DNA of 64,000 bases from TPA_inf: Saccharomyces (taxonomy: Eukaryota). The translations under genes were made by a program, and so were the position numbers. This document shows, piece by piece, positions 62,343 through 64,000 of the stretch (positions are counted from its first letter, which is position 1; every line of letters starts with the position of its first letter). The notes beneath the pieces were generated by a model. That model was not told the origin of the DNA. It saw nothing but the letters and a program-made list of their open reading frames with translations, and did not search any database. The stretch lies in NCBI GenBank assembly GCA_000146045.2, contig BK006939.2:256001-320000 (forward strand). The letters run 5' to 3'.

Positions 62343-62645
62343 ATCAACAGAAAATGACCACTTTTCCTATTAGCTTTTTCTATTATATTCTTTAGAATTG
62401 GTGGAGTTTCTTGCGCAAACGATCCACTTTTGCAGTGCAGTAAGTGATCCCTATACCAGGTGAGTTGATATATATTTACTGTATCTTGTACTATTTTATG
62501 AACAAGAAAGGCTATTACTCACAACAGTTTTGGTTTCAGTCAAAGTTTATGTGTGAGTGTGAGTGTGAATGTGTGCGTGTTGCATAATTGCATTTGGCCT
62601 TTCCGAGAAATAAGTCATTCTTTATTTTTCTCTCTTTACGGTTTA

Positions 62646-62810
62646 ATGGTGCGGCTTTCGTATCTGCGTCTCATCCTTCCCCCTTGCCGCTTGTCAGAAC
62701 TCTCTAGCTTGGCGATTCTCTATCAACCTGTTATTCCAATTCTTATATCTACCATTACCTTCCAGCATTTTTTCAAATGTGTTCACACGCCCTGTAACGT
62801 TTATATATAA
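62646..62810 (+). CDS. Small ORF (~54 aa) at the position of annotated YER078W-A; dubious
   Basis: Internal Met of the 85-aa track ORF (MVRLSYLRLILPP…CNVYI). Assigned by position only. Coding status is doubtful and it overlaps a GT-rich repeat. Confidence 0.25.
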   Translation: MVRLSYLRLILPPCRLSELSSLAILYQPVIPILISTITFQHFFKCVHTPCNVYI

Positions 62811-62919
62811 ATATTTTAATATTTAACTTAGCTTATGCATATATAGTTAAAAGGGATAATAACAATAAGAATAAAAAACACAAACTGCTGAGATAAGAAA
62901 AGGAAGCGAATAGTTAATA

Positions 62920-63552
62920 ATGCCTGATTCATCACATTCAATAAGCTCAAAAGATGTTGCATCTGCCATCTCTCTCTATGATCAGTCCATTTACACTAAT
63001 AACAGGTCTACTAACCTGGACTTAGATCAGAGATCAATGAGCCCTTCCAATATTGCCTCTGGTGAAGATAGGATAACGAGAACGAACTCAGGTTGCTCCA
63101 TCACATCAGGTGCCTCCATGATTGCCACGAAGGATGGTATTCAGGGGATTAATGTCAAAAGAGATGGGATTCCGAAATATTCACTTAATTTATTGAATTC
63201 CATGGTTCGAAAACAATATGATCACAATAATGGAACAAAGTCTCCTACCCCGAAGACTAGCAATATGGTAGACCCTAAGAACAAAAAGAAGAACAAAAAA
63301 AAGAAGAATGACAAGGATGACAAATACAAGGTATCGCATGATCAAACCGAAAAGTTTTACAAACTCAACACCACTTCCAACTCCAATCTCACCTCTGATT
63401 CTACTACTTCGTTATCGGACCAGTTTTATTTCCAGAAAAGTAACGCTGATTCTGCTCCATTAGACAATGCAAATTACCCACTCTCCGACCATTCCCCCTC
63501 CCTAAACTCTATGGATAATACTACAAAGCATAGCAGCAATGTGCACACTTGA
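62920..63552 (+). CDS. Ser/Asn-rich protein of unknown function, 210 aa
   Basis: 210-aa ORF with a lysine-rich KKKNKKKKNDKDDK block; matches systematic ORF YER079W by length and position. Confidence 0.75.
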   Translation: MPDSSHSISSKDVASAISLYDQSIYTNNRSTNLDLDQRSMSPSNIASGEDRITRTNSGCSITSGASMIATKDGIQGINVKRDGIPKYSLNLLNSMVRKQYDHNNGTKSPTPKTSNMVDPKNKKKNKKKKNDKDDKYKVSHDQTEKFYKLNTTSNSNLTSDSTTSLSDQFYFQKSNADSAPLDNANYPLSDHSPSLNSMDNTTKHSSNVHT

Positions 63553-64000
63553 ATCACGTGAACCACAGTAACCTAATTGCTCAAATTTTGAGAGTTAAAG
63601 GAAAGAATAAAATATATAAATGATACGTTTATACCCGCTAAAAAAAAAAAATATAAAACAAAAAAAGGATCTCATAAGACGATTTGTTGGGATATGTCCA
63701 CATCTTTCGGCTATATACTACATTTAGCTGTTTCCCGTTTCTTTGTATTATTCCCTTCTTATGTATAACTTTTACTAGTAATAATTATAATAAATATTCG
63801 TTTTGAAACATGGTAATTTCAAATGTTCAATGTATTTTCGGGCCGATTGCTGACCAGCGACACTTTAAGCCGAACTGTATTTAGTAGACTCCCTTTTCTC
63901 ATCAGCGAAGAAGAAGTAGCAAAAGCTGTTTAGCAAGCAAGACAGCAATACGAAGACCAAGCATGATTAGGTACACTGTTGCTGGCCATTCCAGAAGGTG

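Noticed and set aside
62541-62580. GT-rich imperfect repeat (gtgtgagtgtgagtgtgaatgtgtgcgtgt), considered as telomere-like TG1-3 sequence
   Set aside because: It is too short and interstitial, with no adjacent X or Y' elements. It is simply a low-complexity GT microsatellite in the YER079W upstream region.

Overview
This window is nuclear DNA from Saccharomyces cerevisiae, not a prokaryotic island. Gene order, protein lengths and sequences match the right arm of chromosome V from HOM3 (YER052C) through YER079W. By recall that is roughly chrV 256–320 kb. It is dense, monocistronic eukaryotic gene space. There are about 35 protein genes: HOM3, PIC2, GIP2, HIS1, FCY2, RPL34A, HMF1, PET117, PCL6, FCY21, FCY22, CEM1, GPP2/HOR2, THO1, VHR2, ICL1, a CDC4-derived fragment (YER066W), RGI1, MOT2, ARG5,6, RNR1, TDA2, VTC1, ALD5, RPS24A, YOS1, PTP3, YER076C, YER077C, ICP55 and YER079W. 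Three genes carry canonical spliceosomal introns (GTATGT ... TACTAAC ... AG): RPL34A, RPS24A, and YOS1, which has two. There are two tRNA genes, tRNA-Ser(UGA) and tRNA-Ala(UGC), each next to a degenerate solo Ty1-type delta LTR. Promoter motifs read directly from the sequence include three GCN4 sites, an ICL1 carbon-source element, four MluI/MCB boxes before RNR1, and Rap1 sites before two ribosomal-protein genes. I see no evidence of a novel multi-gene 'system' here; this is well-characterised core chromosome. Several structural observations still deserve a second look. The three purine-cytosine permease paralogs (FCY2, FCY21, FCY22) lie within 12 kb, and FCY22 is a nucleotide-level mosaic of the other two. 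A truncated CDC4 paralog with one nonsense codon sits beside a tRNA and an LTR. There is a compound (AT)n(GT)n microsatellite, a candidate ARS consensus match, an in-frame (GAT)9 repeat in PTP3, and a GC-rich dyad block upstream of ALD5. The ORF track over-extends several N-termini (HMF1, PCL6, FCY22, GPP2, THO1, MOT2, TDA2); the corrected starts are given below.
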